Assembly: GCA_034366585.1 (NCBI GenBank)
Contig: JAXMMJ010000027.1
Span: 19,091-83,090, forward strand
From: Hylemonella sp.
GTDB taxonomy: Bacteria; Pseudomonadota; Gammaproteobacteria; Burkholderiales; Burkholderiaceae_C
Direction: 5' to 3'
Length of the DNA: 64,000 bases
Position 1 is the stretch's first letter, and every line of letters begins with the position of its first letter. The position numbers and the translations under genes are program-made. Below the pieces are notes generated by a model that was not told where the DNA came from, made no database searches, and was given only the letters and a program-made list of their open reading frames with translations. Of this stretch, positions 11,154 to 23,256 are shown piece after piece.

Positions 11154-11615
11154 ATGGCCCTTTTCGTCGATTCCGGCACCGTGACCCACGGCATCCAGCT
11201 GGCCGTGGCCCCCGTTTTCCTGCTGACCGCCGTCTCCGGCATGATCGGCGCGGTGGCCGGGCGCCTCTCGCGCATCATCGACCGCGGCCGTGTGCTGGAG
11301 GAAAAGCTGCGCTTGAATGTCGAGCCGCTGCTGGTGCCGCAGTGGGGCGCCGAGCTCACCATGCTGCGCAAGCGCGGCCTGCTGGCCAACAGCACCATCG
11401 GCCTGCTGACCCTGTGCGCTTTCATGATCGGCCTGACCATCGTGGTGCTCTTCCTGGGCGAGACCACGGTCTTCCAGATCGAGCGGCTGGCGATCTACGC
11501 CTTCCTGGCCGGCGTGAGCTGCTTCATGGCCGCGCTGTGCTGCTTCTTTGCCGAGACCCTGCTGGCCACGCGCGTGCTGAAGTTCAGGCAGCCCGGCGAT
11601 GGCGCCAGCGACTAG
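11154..11615 (+). CDS. DUF2721-family membrane protein
   Basis: LAVAPVFLLTAVSGMIGAVAGRLSRIIDRGR motif plus two further TM helices. Start taken at MALFVDS. Confidence 0.7.
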   Translation: MALFVDSGTVTHGIQLAVAPVFLLTAVSGMIGAVAGRLSRIIDRGRVLEEKLRLNVEPLLVPQWGAELTMLRKRGLLANSTIGLLTLCAFMIGLTIVVLFLGETTVFQIERLAIYAFLAGVSCFMAALCCFFAETLLATRVLKFRQPGDGASD

Positions 11616-13603
11616 CGCCGCAGCAGGTTCTTGAGCCGGTCCTCGGCCTGCTCCTTGAGGCGCTGCCCGGCCTTGGCCTTTTCCTCGTCCAGCCGCTGCT
11701 GTGCTTCCTGCTGCAGCTGCGCCTTGCGCTGGTCGACCATTTCCCTGGCGCGGTTGCCAGCCGCATTGCCGAAGTCGATCTTCCAGCTGATGGCCTTGTA
11801 GGGGCCGGTGAGGCGCACCGGCACGGTCAGGCCCTTGAGCTGTTCCATCTCCGGGCCGCCCTGGCCCTGCAGGGTGGGCACCACGGTGGCCTTGAGCGTG
11901 TAGTCCAGCCGGTCTTCGGCGATGAAGATGTCGCCAGCGCCGCCCAGGCGCAGTAGCGGGGTCTTGGCGGACAGGTCGTCGTTGTGTGCCACGCCCTTGC
12001 TGATCTTGAAGCTGGCGCCGAATTCGGTGAAGTCGGTTTTCTCCTGGGCGCCGGCCTTGCCTTCCTGGGCGCCGCCGCCGAGTTTGGCCTTGACGTTGCG
12101 CAGGGCGCCGGCGATGTCCACGCCGTTGATGGCGCCATCGGTCAGCTGCACACCGGCCGTTCCGTTGAGGTTCTTCTTGAACAGGCTCACGGTGTTGCCG
12201 CTGGTGCTGACATCGAGCGCCACATTGCCGCGCCCGTCGATGGGCTGCTGGTCCAGCGCGTCCTTCATCAGCGGGCCGATGTTGATGCCGCGCAGGTCCA
12301 GCCTGGCCGCCAGGGTTTGAGCGCCCTGGGCATTGGCCGTGAGCGCGCCGTTCACGCCGCCGCCATAGAGCGTGGCCGTCAAGGGGTTGAGTTCGGCCTT
12401 GCCGCCCTGGGCCTTGAGCTGCAGGCGGATGCTGGCGGTGCGCAGGTTCATGATCTTGAGGGTGGCGACCTTCAGGGTGCCGCGTGCATCCAGCGTACGC
12501 AGCGGGGCGAGGTCGATGACCGCTTCAGGGCCCGCCGGGCCGCTGCTGGCGGCGGCTGCCGACTTTTCACTTTTGGGCAGGTAGCGGTCGGCATCGAGTT
12601 CGCCTACGGCGATGTCGAAGTCGATGGCCGGCTGGGCAAAGCGTTTCACGCCGGCCTTGATGGCCAGGCTGGTGCTGTCGAGTTGGCCGTCGAGTGCCAG
12701 CTGAACCGCTTCGCGCGCGAGGTCGACCGAGGCCTGGCCCTGCAGCTTGAGCGCGAGCGTGCCGCCGGCCGGGTTGGGGGCCGCCACCTCCAGTGTGAGC
12801 GCCGTCAGCTTGAGCGCCTGGGGCGATGCTTCGACGTTGGCCAGGCCCAGCTTGACCTGCAGGTCGCGTTGGCCGGCGGCGGTGCCGCCCAGGCTGGCCT
12901 TGAAATTGTCGAGTTGGAGCTTTTGCTGCGCGAGCTGGGGCGTGAAGTCGCTCTTGACGCCCAGTTGCAGGGCCAGTTGCGGGTTCGTGCCCTGCACGTC
13001 GGCACTGAAGTCCAGCGTGCTCTTCTTGCCATCGGCGATGGGGCCGGTGCTGAAGTTCAGTTTGGAGACGCTCAGGTGCTGGCCGCTGGCCGCGTCGCGG
13101 TAGTCCAGGCTGGCGTTGGTGATGGCGATGCCGCCGACCTGGAGCTGGGGCATGGCGCCGGAGGTTTCAGGCTTGCCGGTGTCGGGCGGGGCCGCCTTGT
13201 CGCCCTGCGACAGCAGGTCGTCGAAGTTGAATCGGCCCTGGCGGTCGCGTTGCAGCTTGACGTTCAGGCCGTCGACCAGCACGCGGTCCACCTCCACCTT
13301 TTTGGAGAACAGTGGCAGCAGGGCCACCGACACCTTGACCTGCTGGGCGGCCGCGAAGACCTGATCGCTGCGCGCTTCGGACAGGGATATCTGGCCCAGG
13401 TCGGCGCCGATGCGCGGAAACAGGGTGAGCCGGATCTCGCCGGGGATGGAGAGGGTGCGGCCGGTCTGCTCCTTGACCAACTTGATGAGCTCGGGTTTGT
13501 GGTCGTTGGGGTTGAAGGTGGCGACGATGAAGGCCACCACCGCCACCAGCAGCACGACGATGGCGGCAAGGGCGATGAGGATGATTTTGAGGGGCTTGTT
13601 CAT
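11612..13603 (-). CDS. asmA: AsmA-family outer-membrane biogenesis protein
   Basis: N-terminal TM anchor (KIILIALAAIVVLLVAVVAFIV), long beta-rich repeat body, C-terminal AsmA_2-like segment (GVAHNDDLSAKTPLLRLGGAGDI). Confidence 0.85.
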   Translation of the reverse strand: MNKPLKIILIALAAIVVLLVAVVAFIVATFNPNDHKPELIKLVKEQTGRTLSIPGEIRLTLFPRIGADLGQISLSEARSDQVFAAAQQVKVSVALLPLFSKKVEVDRVLVDGLNVKLQRDRQGRFNFDDLLSQGDKAAPPDTGKPETSGAMPQLQVGGIAITNASLDYRDAASGQHLSVSKLNFSTGPIADGKKSTLDFSADVQGTNPQLALQLGVKSDFTPQLAQQKLQLDNFKASLGGTAAGQRDLQVKLGLANVEASPQALKLTALTLEVAAPNPAGGTLALKLQGQASVDLAREAVQLALDGQLDSTSLAIKAGVKRFAQPAIDFDIAVGELDADRYLPKSEKSAAAASSGPAGPEAVIDLAPLRTLDARGTLKVATLKIMNLRTASIRLQLKAQGGKAELNPLTATLYGGGVNGALTANAQGAQTLAARLDLRGINIGPLMKDALDQQPIDGRGNVALDVSTSGNTVSLFKKNLNGTAGVQLTDGAINGVDIAGALRNVKAKLGGGAQEGKAGAQEKTDFTEFGASFKISKGVAHNDDLSAKTPLLRLGGAGDIFIAEDRLDYTLKATVVPTLQGQGGPEMEQLKGLTVPVRLTGPYKAISWKIDFGNAAGNRAREMVDQRKAQLQQEAQQRLDEEKAKAGQRLKEQAEDRLKNLLRR

Positions 13604-13667
13604 GGCGGGGTCTCGGAGCTAGAACTGTGCGTTACAGGATAACGCAGCAAGTCCCGGGTGTCTGTAC

Positions 13668-14492
13668 TCAAAGCTTGCCGTCGCGCGCCAGCCGGGAGGC
13701 CAGTTCGCTGAGCGCGACGTAGGCGGCGCCGGCCTGCGCATCCCACTGGGCGATGGATGCCCCCTGGCGTTGCACCAGGGCCGTGTCGCCGCGCGCGGCC
13801 GGGCCGGTGAGCGCGCCGGCCGGCCCCAGGGCCAGCAGGTTGTCCACGGCGTTGCGCAGCAGTGTGGCGCGCAGCTGCGGCAGCAGCTCGGGCGGAACAC
13901 CGCTGTCCAGCCACAGTGCTTCGGCCGTGGCCTGCAGCACGGGCAGGAAGTTGGTGGCGAAAACGGCGGCTGCGTGGTAACGCAGCTTGTCGGCCGAGGG
14001 CAGGATGAAACAGCGCGCCCCGATGCGCTGGAACAGCGGCTCCAGAACGGCGAGGGTGGCGGCCTGGCCTTCGAGCGCGCAGGGCGTGCCGGCAAACTGC
14101 TGTACGGCCGTGGCCGGCGTGGCAAAGCTCAGGATGCAGTGCGCGCTGGCGACCTGCCAGCCCGCGGCCTGCAGCGGCGCGAGTTCAGCGGCGGCCAGCG
14201 CACCGCTGGCGTGGAAGGCGATCGCCGGCGGCAGGCCCGCAGCGGCCAGGGCCTGCGCGCTGGCAGCGATCTGCCGGTCTGGCACGGCGATCAGCCAGAC
14301 ATCGGCAGGGCGCATGTTGTTCAGGATGGTGAGCGGGCGGCCGGCACCGATGAAGTCCACCGCGGCCTGCGCGCTGGCCGGCGAGGTGGTCAGCACGTCT
14401 TGCACCTGCAAGACGCCCAGGCTGTGCCACAGGTGGCCCAAGGTCTTGCCTACGCGTCCGGCACCGAGCAGGTTGAGCGTGGGCAGAGGCAT
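13668..14492 (-). CDS. Rossmann-like NAD(P)-binding / DUF2520 domain protein
   Basis: LNLLGAGRVGKTLG dinucleotide-binding motif. C-terminal TGPAARGD motif typical of DUF2520. Confidence 0.7.
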   Translation of the reverse strand: MPLPTLNLLGAGRVGKTLGHLWHSLGVLQVQDVLTTSPASAQAAVDFIGAGRPLTILNNMRPADVWLIAVPDRQIAASAQALAAAGLPPAIAFHASGALAAAELAPLQAAGWQVASAHCILSFATPATAVQQFAGTPCALEGQAATLAVLEPLFQRIGARCFILPSADKLRYHAAAVFATNFLPVLQATAEALWLDSGVPPELLPQLRATLLRNAVDNLLALGPAGALTGPAARGDTALVQRQGASIAQWDAQAGAAYVALSELASRLARDGKL

Positions 14493-14499
14493 GACGACT

Positions 14500-15078
14500 T
14501 CAGACCAGGCCGAACCAGCCCAGCACGCCACCGATACCCAGCAGCCACAGCAGGTGCAGGCGGGTGCGCCAGACGATCAGGGCGCTCAGCGCGGTGACCA
14601 GCCACAGGGGCCAGTCGCGGGCCGGGTCGCCATGCGCCCGGGCCAGGATCCAGCCGGTGGCGATCAGCAGGGCGATCACGATGGGCGCCATGCCCAGCTT
14701 GAAGGCGCGCACGGCGCGCAGGTCGCGGTTCTCATGGCTCCAGCGCGAGGTGACGTAGACCAGGATGGTGCTGGGCATGATGATGCCCAGCATGCAGACC
14801 AGCACGCCGAACAGCGCCCAGCCCAGCCCCCCGGCATTGAGCCCGACATGCCAGCCCAGCAGGGCCACGAACAGGATGTTCGGCCCGGGCGCGGCCTGGG
14901 CGATGGCGATGGACGAGGTGTACTGGGGATCGGTAATCCAGCCCTGCTGGTCCACCAGGAAGCGGTGCATGTCGGGCGCCGTCGTGATGCCGCCGCCCAC
15001 GGACAGCAGGGAGAGGGTGAGGAAGTGCGTGAAGAGGTAGAGCCAGTCAGCCCAGCCCAGGTCCAGCATCGGGTTCAT
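14500..15078 (-). CDS. chrA: Chromate transporter (CHR family), short-chain half-size subunit 2
   Basis: Multi-TM protein with GGGITT...QAAPGPN motif. ATGA overlap with the upstream half. Confidence 0.8.
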   Translation of the reverse strand: MNPMLDLGWADWLYLFTHFLTLSLLSVGGGITTAPDMHRFLVDQQGWITDPQYTSSIAIAQAAPGPNILFVALLGWHVGLNAGGLGWALFGVLVCMLGIIMPSTILVYVTSRWSHENRDLRAVRAFKLGMAPIVIALLIATGWILARAHGDPARDWPLWLVTALSALIVWRTRLHLLWLLGIGGVLGWFGLV

Positions 15079-15665
15079 GCGCGTGCCTCCCGGCCCAGCA
15101 GGCGGTAGGCGAGTACGCAGGCCACGCTGCCCAGGCCCAGCAGCACGTAGATCAGCGGCCAGCGCAACAGGGCCACGGCGATGAAGCCGAGCACGCCCAG
15201 CACGCTGTTGAGCGCAATGCCCATGACGCTGTTTTTGAGGGAGGACGCCAGCCGCAAGCCGGTGGCCACGACCAGGCCCGCCGCCACCGCGCCCATGCCC
15301 CGCAGCGCACCGATCACACCCGGATGGCTGGCGAACTGGGCGTACAGCAGGGCCAGTGACAGCACCACGACCAGGGGTGCCGTGAAGATACCGGCCAGCG
15401 CCGCCAGCACGCCGGGCACACCAAAGTAGCGCCCGCCGATCATGACGGCCAGGTTCACCACGTTGGGGCCGGGCATGATCTGCGCCACGGCCCATTCCTC
15501 GACGAACTCCTCGTTTGTGAACCAGCGTTTGCGCTCGACCAGTTCGCGCTGGGCCACGGCCAGCACGCCGCCGAAGCCCTGCAGGGCCAGCACGGTGAAG
15601 GAAACGAAGAGATCTGCCAGGGACTTGGGTTGCGTGCGTTCGACGCTGCGGGAGGTGTCAGCCAT
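15075..15665 (-). CDS. chrA: Chromate transporter (CHR family), short-chain half-size subunit 1
   Basis: LQGFGGVLAV...AQIMPGPNVVN CHR motif. Start taken at MADTS. Confidence 0.8.
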   Translation of the reverse strand: MADTSRSVERTQPKSLADLFVSFTVLALQGFGGVLAVAQRELVERKRWFTNEEFVEEWAVAQIMPGPNVVNLAVMIGGRYFGVPGVLAALAGIFTAPLVVVLSLALLYAQFASHPGVIGALRGMGAVAAGLVVATGLRLASSLKNSVMGIALNSVLGVLGFIAVALLRWPLIYVLLGLGSVACVLAYRLLGREARA

Positions 15666-15735
15666 GCGTCGATTATCGGGCCTCTTGTCCTGCAAACGCT
15701 TGACGGGCGGCTTGGCTTTACCCAAGATCGGTCGC

Positions 15736-16587
15736 ATGTCCCAAGCCGTTCCCCAGTTGATTGTCGGCCAGCTGGCCTTTCCCGAATCGCCGCGCTGGCA
15801 TGACGGCGCGCTGTGGTTCTCCGACTTCTATACGCACCAGGTGCAGCGCCTGGGACCGGACGGGCGTTGCTCGACGGTGACCACCGTGCCAGGCCAGCCC
15901 TCGGGCCTGGGCTGGCTGCCCGACGGTCGCTTGCTGGTGGTGTCCATGCGCGACCGGCGCCTGCTCAGGCTGGACGGCGAGACGCTGGTCGAGGTGGCGG
16001 ACCTGTCGGGCCTGGCGCCCTTTCACTGCAACGACATGGTGGCGGATGCCCGGGGGCGCGCCTATATCGGCAACTTCGGCTTCGACTTCCTGGCGCGGGC
16101 CGAACCGCGGGCGACGACGCTGATTCTGGTGACGCCCGATGGACGCCCCCGCGTGGTCGCCGATGAGCTGATGTTTCCCAACGGCTGCATCATCACCCCG
16201 GATGGGGGCACGCTGATCGTGGCCGAAAGCTACGCGGCGCGATTGACCTCCTTTGACATCGCCGACGACGGTTCCCTGAGCGGGCGTCGCACCTGGGCCG
16301 CACTGCCCGGCAGCAGCCCCGACGGCATCTGTCTGGATGCCGAGGACGCCGTCTGGCTGGCCTCGCCGGCCAGCCGTGAGGTGCTGCGCGTGCGCGAGGG
16401 TGGGGAGATCACGCACCGCGTGCCCATGCCAGGGCAGCCCGTGGCCTGCATGCTGGGGGGAGCGCAGCGGCGCACGCTGTACATCCTCTCGGGCAAGGTG
16501 AATGTGACGCCGGAGCAGTCGCGCGAGATGCGCACCGGCACCATCCATGCGATGCCGGTCGAGGTGGCGGGCGCAGGGCGGCCCTAG
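15736..16587 (+). CDS. SMP-30/gluconolactonase/LRE-family beta-propeller protein
   Basis: ESPRWHDGALWFSD..., NDMVADARGRAYIGN, FPNGCIITPDGGTLIVAES, PDGICLDAEDAVW. Confidence 0.8.
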   Translation: MSQAVPQLIVGQLAFPESPRWHDGALWFSDFYTHQVQRLGPDGRCSTVTTVPGQPSGLGWLPDGRLLVVSMRDRRLLRLDGETLVEVADLSGLAPFHCNDMVADARGRAYIGNFGFDFLARAEPRATTLILVTPDGRPRVVADELMFPNGCIITPDGGTLIVAESYAARLTSFDIADDGSLSGRRTWAALPGSSPDGICLDAEDAVWLASPASREVLRVREGGEITHRVPMPGQPVACMLGGAQRRTLYILSGKVNVTPEQSREMRTGTIHAMPVEVAGAGRP

Positions 16588-16596
16588 GACGGGTAT

Positions 16597-17340
16597 CTAG
16601 TTGCGGGCGTAATTGAGCTGGAAGCCGGTGACGCCGTCGAAGCGTGTCATCTCGTGCGAGAGCTCGGAGATGGGCATCATTCGCTGACGGTTGCGGGCCA
16701 CGGCCACGAAGGACCACTGGAGGACATCGTCTTCGAGCTCGATGGCGATGGTGCCCGAGGCGATGTCGTAGCCGCGGGCTTCGGCCATCTGGCGCAGGGC
16801 GGGTTCGCTGGGCTGGAAGCCGGGGCGAAAGCGCAAGGTGATGGCCACGGCCTGGCGCGAAGGCAGCCAGGTCTCCAGCCGGGAGATCCACATCATGGAG
16901 AAGGCCGACAGCGCGGCCAGGGCAATGGCCGCGGCATAAAAGCCGACGCCGACCAGGATGCCGATCACCGAAGCCGACCAGAGCGAGGCCGCCGTGGTCA
17001 GGCCGCTGATGTTGAAGCCCTCGCGCATGATGACGCCGGCGCACAGGAAGCCGATGCCGGTGACGATGCCCTGGATCACGCGGCTGGTGTCGGTGGCCGT
17101 GCCCAGCAGGAAGTTGCCGCCAAACCAGGCGGAAGAGTAGCCGCCGATGACAGTGAGCGCGGCCGACGCCATGCAGACCAGGCCGTAGGTGCGCATGCCA
17201 GCCGCGCGGCCGTGGTAAGCGCGCTCGTAGCCGACCAGCAGGCCCAGCAGCAGGGCGCCGAAGAGGTTGAAGAAGACCAGCACATTGGTCTTGATCATGG
17301 GGATGGACCAGAAGCTGGCGAGGGTGTCGATGGTGGGCAT
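16597..17340 (-). CDS. mgtC: MgtC/SapB-family membrane protein
   Basis: LLGLLVGYERAYHGRAAGMRTY and IVTGIGFLCAGVIM motifs. C-terminal ACT-like soluble domain. Confidence 0.85.
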   Translation of the reverse strand: MPTIDTLASFWSIPMIKTNVLVFFNLFGALLLGLLVGYERAYHGRAAGMRTYGLVCMASAALTVIGGYSSAWFGGNFLLGTATDTSRVIQGIVTGIGFLCAGVIMREGFNISGLTTAASLWSASVIGILVGVGFYAAAIALAALSAFSMMWISRLETWLPSRQAVAITLRFRPGFQPSEPALRQMAEARGYDIASGTIAIELEDDVLQWSFVAVARNRQRMMPISELSHEMTRFDGVTGFQLNYARN

Positions 17341-17458
17341 GGGGCGGTGGTCGATTCGAATGGCGTGAACCATTCTGCGCCCGCCTGTCGGAGCTGCCAA
17401 GCGGCCGATCCCCCCGGCCCCCCGCTGGTATTGCCAAAAACGTACACTTCAGGGCCCC

Positions 17459-19777
<2,319 letters not shown>

Positions 19778-19780
19778 GTT

Positions 19781-20650
19781 TCAGGATTTGGCGAGGGTGT
19801 GCAGCGGCAGGTCCAGCCGCTGCGCCAGGGCTTCCAGCGTGCGGCGTGTCTGCTGCGCGAACCAGCTTTCCAGTGTCTTGCGGGTGGCCGGTGCGAGCAT
19901 GTTGGACATCTTCATTCCGGCCGCTGCGCACAGGGCCTGGGCGAAGTGCGGCTCCAGGGCCGCCACCGCCACGCGGCCATCCTTGCAGGCATAGACGCGG
20001 TAGCCCGCATGCGCGCCGCCCACCGCGCCCCGGGCAGCGGTGAGCCCCCAGCGGCGCGGCTGCGCCAGCCAGGCCGCGGCCTGCGCCAGGGCGACCTCAT
20101 GCCGTATGCCCTGGCCTTGTGCGTGGCGTTGCAGCAGGGCTTGCAGCACCGCCTCGCTCGCCAGCAGGGCGCCGGCCATGTCGGCGAAGAGGGTAGGGGG
20201 CAGTTCCAGCCCGTTGAGCAGGTCGTTTTCGGCCATGTAGGTCAGGTCATGGCCCGGGATGTCGGCCCGGGCGCCCGGCCAGCCGACGATGCTGACCATG
20301 TTGAGCGCGGGATACTGTTGATGCAGGCTCTTCCAGTCCAGGCCGAGTTTTTTCAGGGCGGCCGGCCGGAAGGAGGTGAGCAGTACATCGGTACGCGCCA
20401 GTTCCTGCGCCAGCTTGCGCCGCCCCTTGTCCGTCTTCAAGTCCGCCATGACGATCCGGACGCCCTCATGCAGCGCCTCATAGGCCGCAGGCGCATAGCT
20501 TTTCATGGGGTCGGCCGAGCCCGCTGGGGTGGCGGGCGGCGGTTCGACCTTGACGCAATGGGCCCCCATATTTCGCAAGCGGCTCAAGGCGGCCGGCCCC
20601 GGCAGATTGAGCGCCAGGCTCAGGACTTTGACCCCTTTGAGCATTTTCAT
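19781..20650 (-). CDS. CoA-transferase family III (CaiB/BaiF-like) protein
   Basis: GVKVLSLALNLPGPAA...VLLTSFRP...GHDLTY motifs. Confidence 0.7.
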   Translation of the reverse strand: MKMLKGVKVLSLALNLPGPAALSRLRNMGAHCVKVEPPPATPAGSADPMKSYAPAAYEALHEGVRIVMADLKTDKGRRKLAQELARTDVLLTSFRPAALKKLGLDWKSLHQQYPALNMVSIVGWPGARADIPGHDLTYMAENDLLNGLELPPTLFADMAGALLASEAVLQALLQRHAQGQGIRHEVALAQAAAWLAQPRRWGLTAARGAVGGAHAGYRVYACKDGRVAVAALEPHFAQALCAAAGMKMSNMLAPATRKTLESWFAQQTRRTLEALAQRLDLPLHTLAKS

Positions 20651-20791
20651 TTTTTGAAACCCTTGTTTAATGCAAAATATGATAAATATAGATAAAATAC
20701 TAACCTAAGCCTGCCGGGTAGCCCCATCAGCTCAGGCGCGGCCTGAAGCTGGCCAGGTGTGGTGGAGCGCAAGACGAACCGAGGCGTACGA

Positions 20792-21616
20792 ATGTCAGTG
20801 ACGGATTCTGTGGCAGGTACATCGATGGAGCAATACGCCAGGGCCTATGGCAGCCTGGCTTTTGCCGATTCGAATGCCGCGCTCGCGCAGCTGGGGCGCT
20901 ACACGGCGGACCTCAAGAAGCTGGTGCGCGACAGGGACGACGTGCTCAAGCAGATCGAGCAGGCGCACCTCAATGCGCTGACGCTGCTGAGTCGCGCCGC
21001 TGAATACCGGGACGACGATACCGGCGTGCACATGGACCGTGTCGGGGTCCTGTCCCAGTTGCTGGCACAGCTGATCGGCCGCGCCGAGAGCGAGGCGCAC
21101 ATGATCCGTGTGGCCGCGCCCATGCATGACATCGGCAAGATTGCCATCCCGGACGCCGTGCTCAAGAAGCCCGGCGGCTACACCCCCGAAGAGCGGGGCA
21201 TCATGAACGGACATACCGTTGCCGGTGCGGAGATCCTGGGGCAATCGGATATTCCGCTGTTCCAGATGGCGGCCGATGTCGCGTTGACGCACCATGAGTG
21301 CTGGGACGGCAGCGGCTACCCGAATCAGTTGCGCGGTACACAGATTCCGTGGTCCGGGCGGGTGGTGGCCCTGATCGACTTCTTCGATGCCCTGACCATG
21401 GACCGTGTTTACCGCAAGGCCTTCAGTGACGAACAGGCACTGAATATGATGAGCGCCCAGCGGGCGAAAAAATTCGACCCCGAAATGCTGGATATCTTCA
21501 TGAACAACGTCGACAAGTTCATCCACCTGCGGGACGACATCAACGCGGCTGATCGGGAGCACGGCGCCTTGTTGCGCGAGGATGCCAGCCTGCTGGCGTC
21601 GGACATGGGCCTGTGA
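20792..21616 (+). CDS. Stand-alone HD-GYP domain protein (putative c-di-GMP phosphodiesterase)
   Basis: HMDRV...APMHDIGKIAIPD...HTVAGAEIL...HHECWDGSGYP. HD and GYP motifs are intact and there is no receiver domain. ATG at 20792 is preferred over the GTG at 20759. Confidence 0.85.
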   Translation: MSVTDSVAGTSMEQYARAYGSLAFADSNAALAQLGRYTADLKKLVRDRDDVLKQIEQAHLNALTLLSRAAEYRDDDTGVHMDRVGVLSQLLAQLIGRAESEAHMIRVAAPMHDIGKIAIPDAVLKKPGGYTPEERGIMNGHTVAGAEILGQSDIPLFQMAADVALTHHECWDGSGYPNQLRGTQIPWSGRVVALIDFFDALTMDRVYRKAFSDEQALNMMSAQRAKKFDPEMLDIFMNNVDKFIHLRDDINAADREHGALLREDASLLASDMGL

Positions 21617-23193
21617 TGCACGAACGCGCTGTACCGGCTCGTAGCCTGACGCTGGACGCGAACCAGCTGGATCGGACTTTTCCGTTTCACCTTCAGCTTG
21701 ACCGGGACCTGCTGGTGCAGGCCATGGGGCCCAGCCTGCGAAAACTGGTGCCTGACCTGCTCGTCGGCGATCCATACACCCAGCATTTTCTGGTCAATCA
21801 GCCGACCGGCATCGGGACCCTGCAGGACTGGATCGCCAGCGCCGGCGAGCTGGTGATCTTCAGGAGTCGCTCGAATCCCGCCGTGGTGTTGCGCGGGACG
21901 GTGGAACCGCTGGGCGACAGCGGGCTGATGTTCCTTGTGACGGCGGCTGCGGCGAGTTTCGACAAGATGCGCCAGCTGGGCCTGGGACTCAAGGACTATG
22001 CGCTGTACGACTCCGTGGCCGAAGTGCTGCGCAGCAGCAGCGGCCAGCACCTGGACATGATGGAGTTGCGCGTGCGGATCGAGCAGCTGCGCGCGATTGT
22101 CGAGCTGGGCGACAGCGGGGTGCTCCATGCGGGCCCGAGCGGCAGCGTCGAGCATGTCAACCGCACGCTGTGCGAGATGTTCGGCATCGACGAGAGCCGG
22201 GTGGCCGGCCTGACGCTGGATGCTTTCGAAAAGCACCTGGGCGAGTTGCTGGCACCCGAGGAGTCGCGGCGCCAGCCCATCTCGGCGCTGCTCGATGCCG
22301 TGCTGGAGAGCCAGGGGCAGGCCACCGCGGTCAAGCACACGCGGACCATCCGTCTGATCTCCCCGCGCCGCGTGACCCTGCTGATGAGCCTGACGCTGAC
22401 CAGCAGGCGCGACATCGTGCTCTATTTCCGCGACATCACCAGCGAGGCCGAGGTCGATCGCATGAAGAGCGAATTCCTCTCCACGGCCGCTCACGAACTG
22501 CGTACCCCGCTGGCCAGCATCTTCGGTTTTGCCGAGCTGATGATGACGCGCAAGATGGCGCCCGAGCAGTTGCAGGAACTGCTGGGCACCATCCATCGCC
22601 AGTCCCAGTTGCTGATCAACCTCATCAACGAGCTGCTCGATCTTTCGCGCATCGAATCGCGCCAGGGCAAGGATTTCCACCGGCAGTACTGCCGGGTCGG
22701 CACCATCATCGACCAGACCATCAAGGGCCTGCTGATCAAGCATGACAAGCGTCAGGTCAAGCTGCACATGCCGCATGGGGCCGAGGCCATCATGGTCGAT
22801 CCCGAAAAGACGCAACAGGCCTTGCTCAACGTGCTTTCCAACGCCTTCAAGTATTCGCCCCAAGGCGGCGATATCACGCTGGAAACCGTGCTCAAGGAAG
22901 AGGGAAGCGATCGTTTTGTCGGGATCCGCGTGACGGACCAGGGCATGGGCATGACGACCGAACAGCTCGCCCGGGTCTTCGAGCGTTTCTGGCGCGCCGA
23001 CCCTTCTGGTGCCATACCCGGCACCGGCCTGGGTATGAGCCTGGTGAAGGAGATCACCGAGCTGCAGGAGGGGCGCGTGCAGATCGAAAGCATGCCCCAG
23101 CAAGGGACCGCGGTGACGCTGTGGTTCCCGCTCACCGCAGATTTCGTGCTGTCGCGTCCCTCCGACCTTCAGGATCCGGGGATGGCCGCCTGA
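21616..23193 (+). CDS. Cytoplasmic sensor histidine kinase: HNOBA-like N-terminal domain + PAS + HisKA + HATPase_c
   Basis: N-terminus FPFHLQLDRDLLVQAMGPSLRKLVP...VLRGTVEPLGDSGLMFLVTAA...LGLGLKDYALYD parallels the soluble guanylate cyclase HNOBA segment (FPFHIIFDRDLVV...LRLKGQMIYL...ILFLCSP...GLYLSDIPLHD). H-box SEFLSTAAHELRTPL, N-box NVLSNAFKYS, G-boxes DQGMGM and GTGLGMSL. No TM segment. TGATG overlap with the HD-GYP gene. Confidence 0.85.
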   Translation: MHERAVPARSLTLDANQLDRTFPFHLQLDRDLLVQAMGPSLRKLVPDLLVGDPYTQHFLVNQPTGIGTLQDWIASAGELVIFRSRSNPAVVLRGTVEPLGDSGLMFLVTAAAASFDKMRQLGLGLKDYALYDSVAEVLRSSSGQHLDMMELRVRIEQLRAIVELGDSGVLHAGPSGSVEHVNRTLCEMFGIDESRVAGLTLDAFEKHLGELLAPEESRRQPISALLDAVLESQGQATAVKHTRTIRLISPRRVTLLMSLTLTSRRDIVLYFRDITSEAEVDRMKSEFLSTAAHELRTPLASIFGFAELMMTRKMAPEQLQELLGTIHRQSQLLINLINELLDLSRIESRQGKDFHRQYCRVGTIIDQTIKGLLIKHDKRQVKLHMPHGAEAIMVDPEKTQQALLNVLSNAFKYSPQGGDITLETVLKEEGSDRFVGIRVTDQGMGMTTEQLARVFERFWRADPSGAIPGTGLGMSLVKEITELQEGRVQIESMPQQGTAVTLWFPLTADFVLSRPSDLQDPGMAA

Positions 23194-23256
23194 GTGGTTT
23201 TTTCGGCGCCGGTGGCTAGAATGCCGTTAATGCCGGAAAACTTAAAAATGCCATAA

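Noticed and set aside
11984-13642. 552-aa plus-strand ORF opposite asmA
   Set aside because: Shadow ORF; the AsmA frame has a TM anchor and the characteristic repeats.
17341-17458. Possible Mg2+ (M-box) riboswitch upstream of mgtC
   Set aside because: The leader is only about 118 bp and is shared with the divergent ygiQ promoter. That is too short for an M-box, and I could recognise no conserved M-box sequence blocks.
21409-23103. 564-aa minus-strand ORF opposite the HNOBA kinase; similarly 24829-26220 (+) opposite the PAS kinase and 27128-28090 (+) opposite the pseudokinase
   Set aside because: They are antisense to ORFs with complete kinase motifs and carry no motifs of their own.
23200-23220. 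Possible sigma-54 (-24/-12) promoter: ggtGGctagaatGCcg upstream of the HTH-REC gene
   Set aside because: The GG-to-GC spacing is 9 nt instead of the canonical 12 (TGGCAC-N5-TTGC), and no enhancer-binding protein is nearby.
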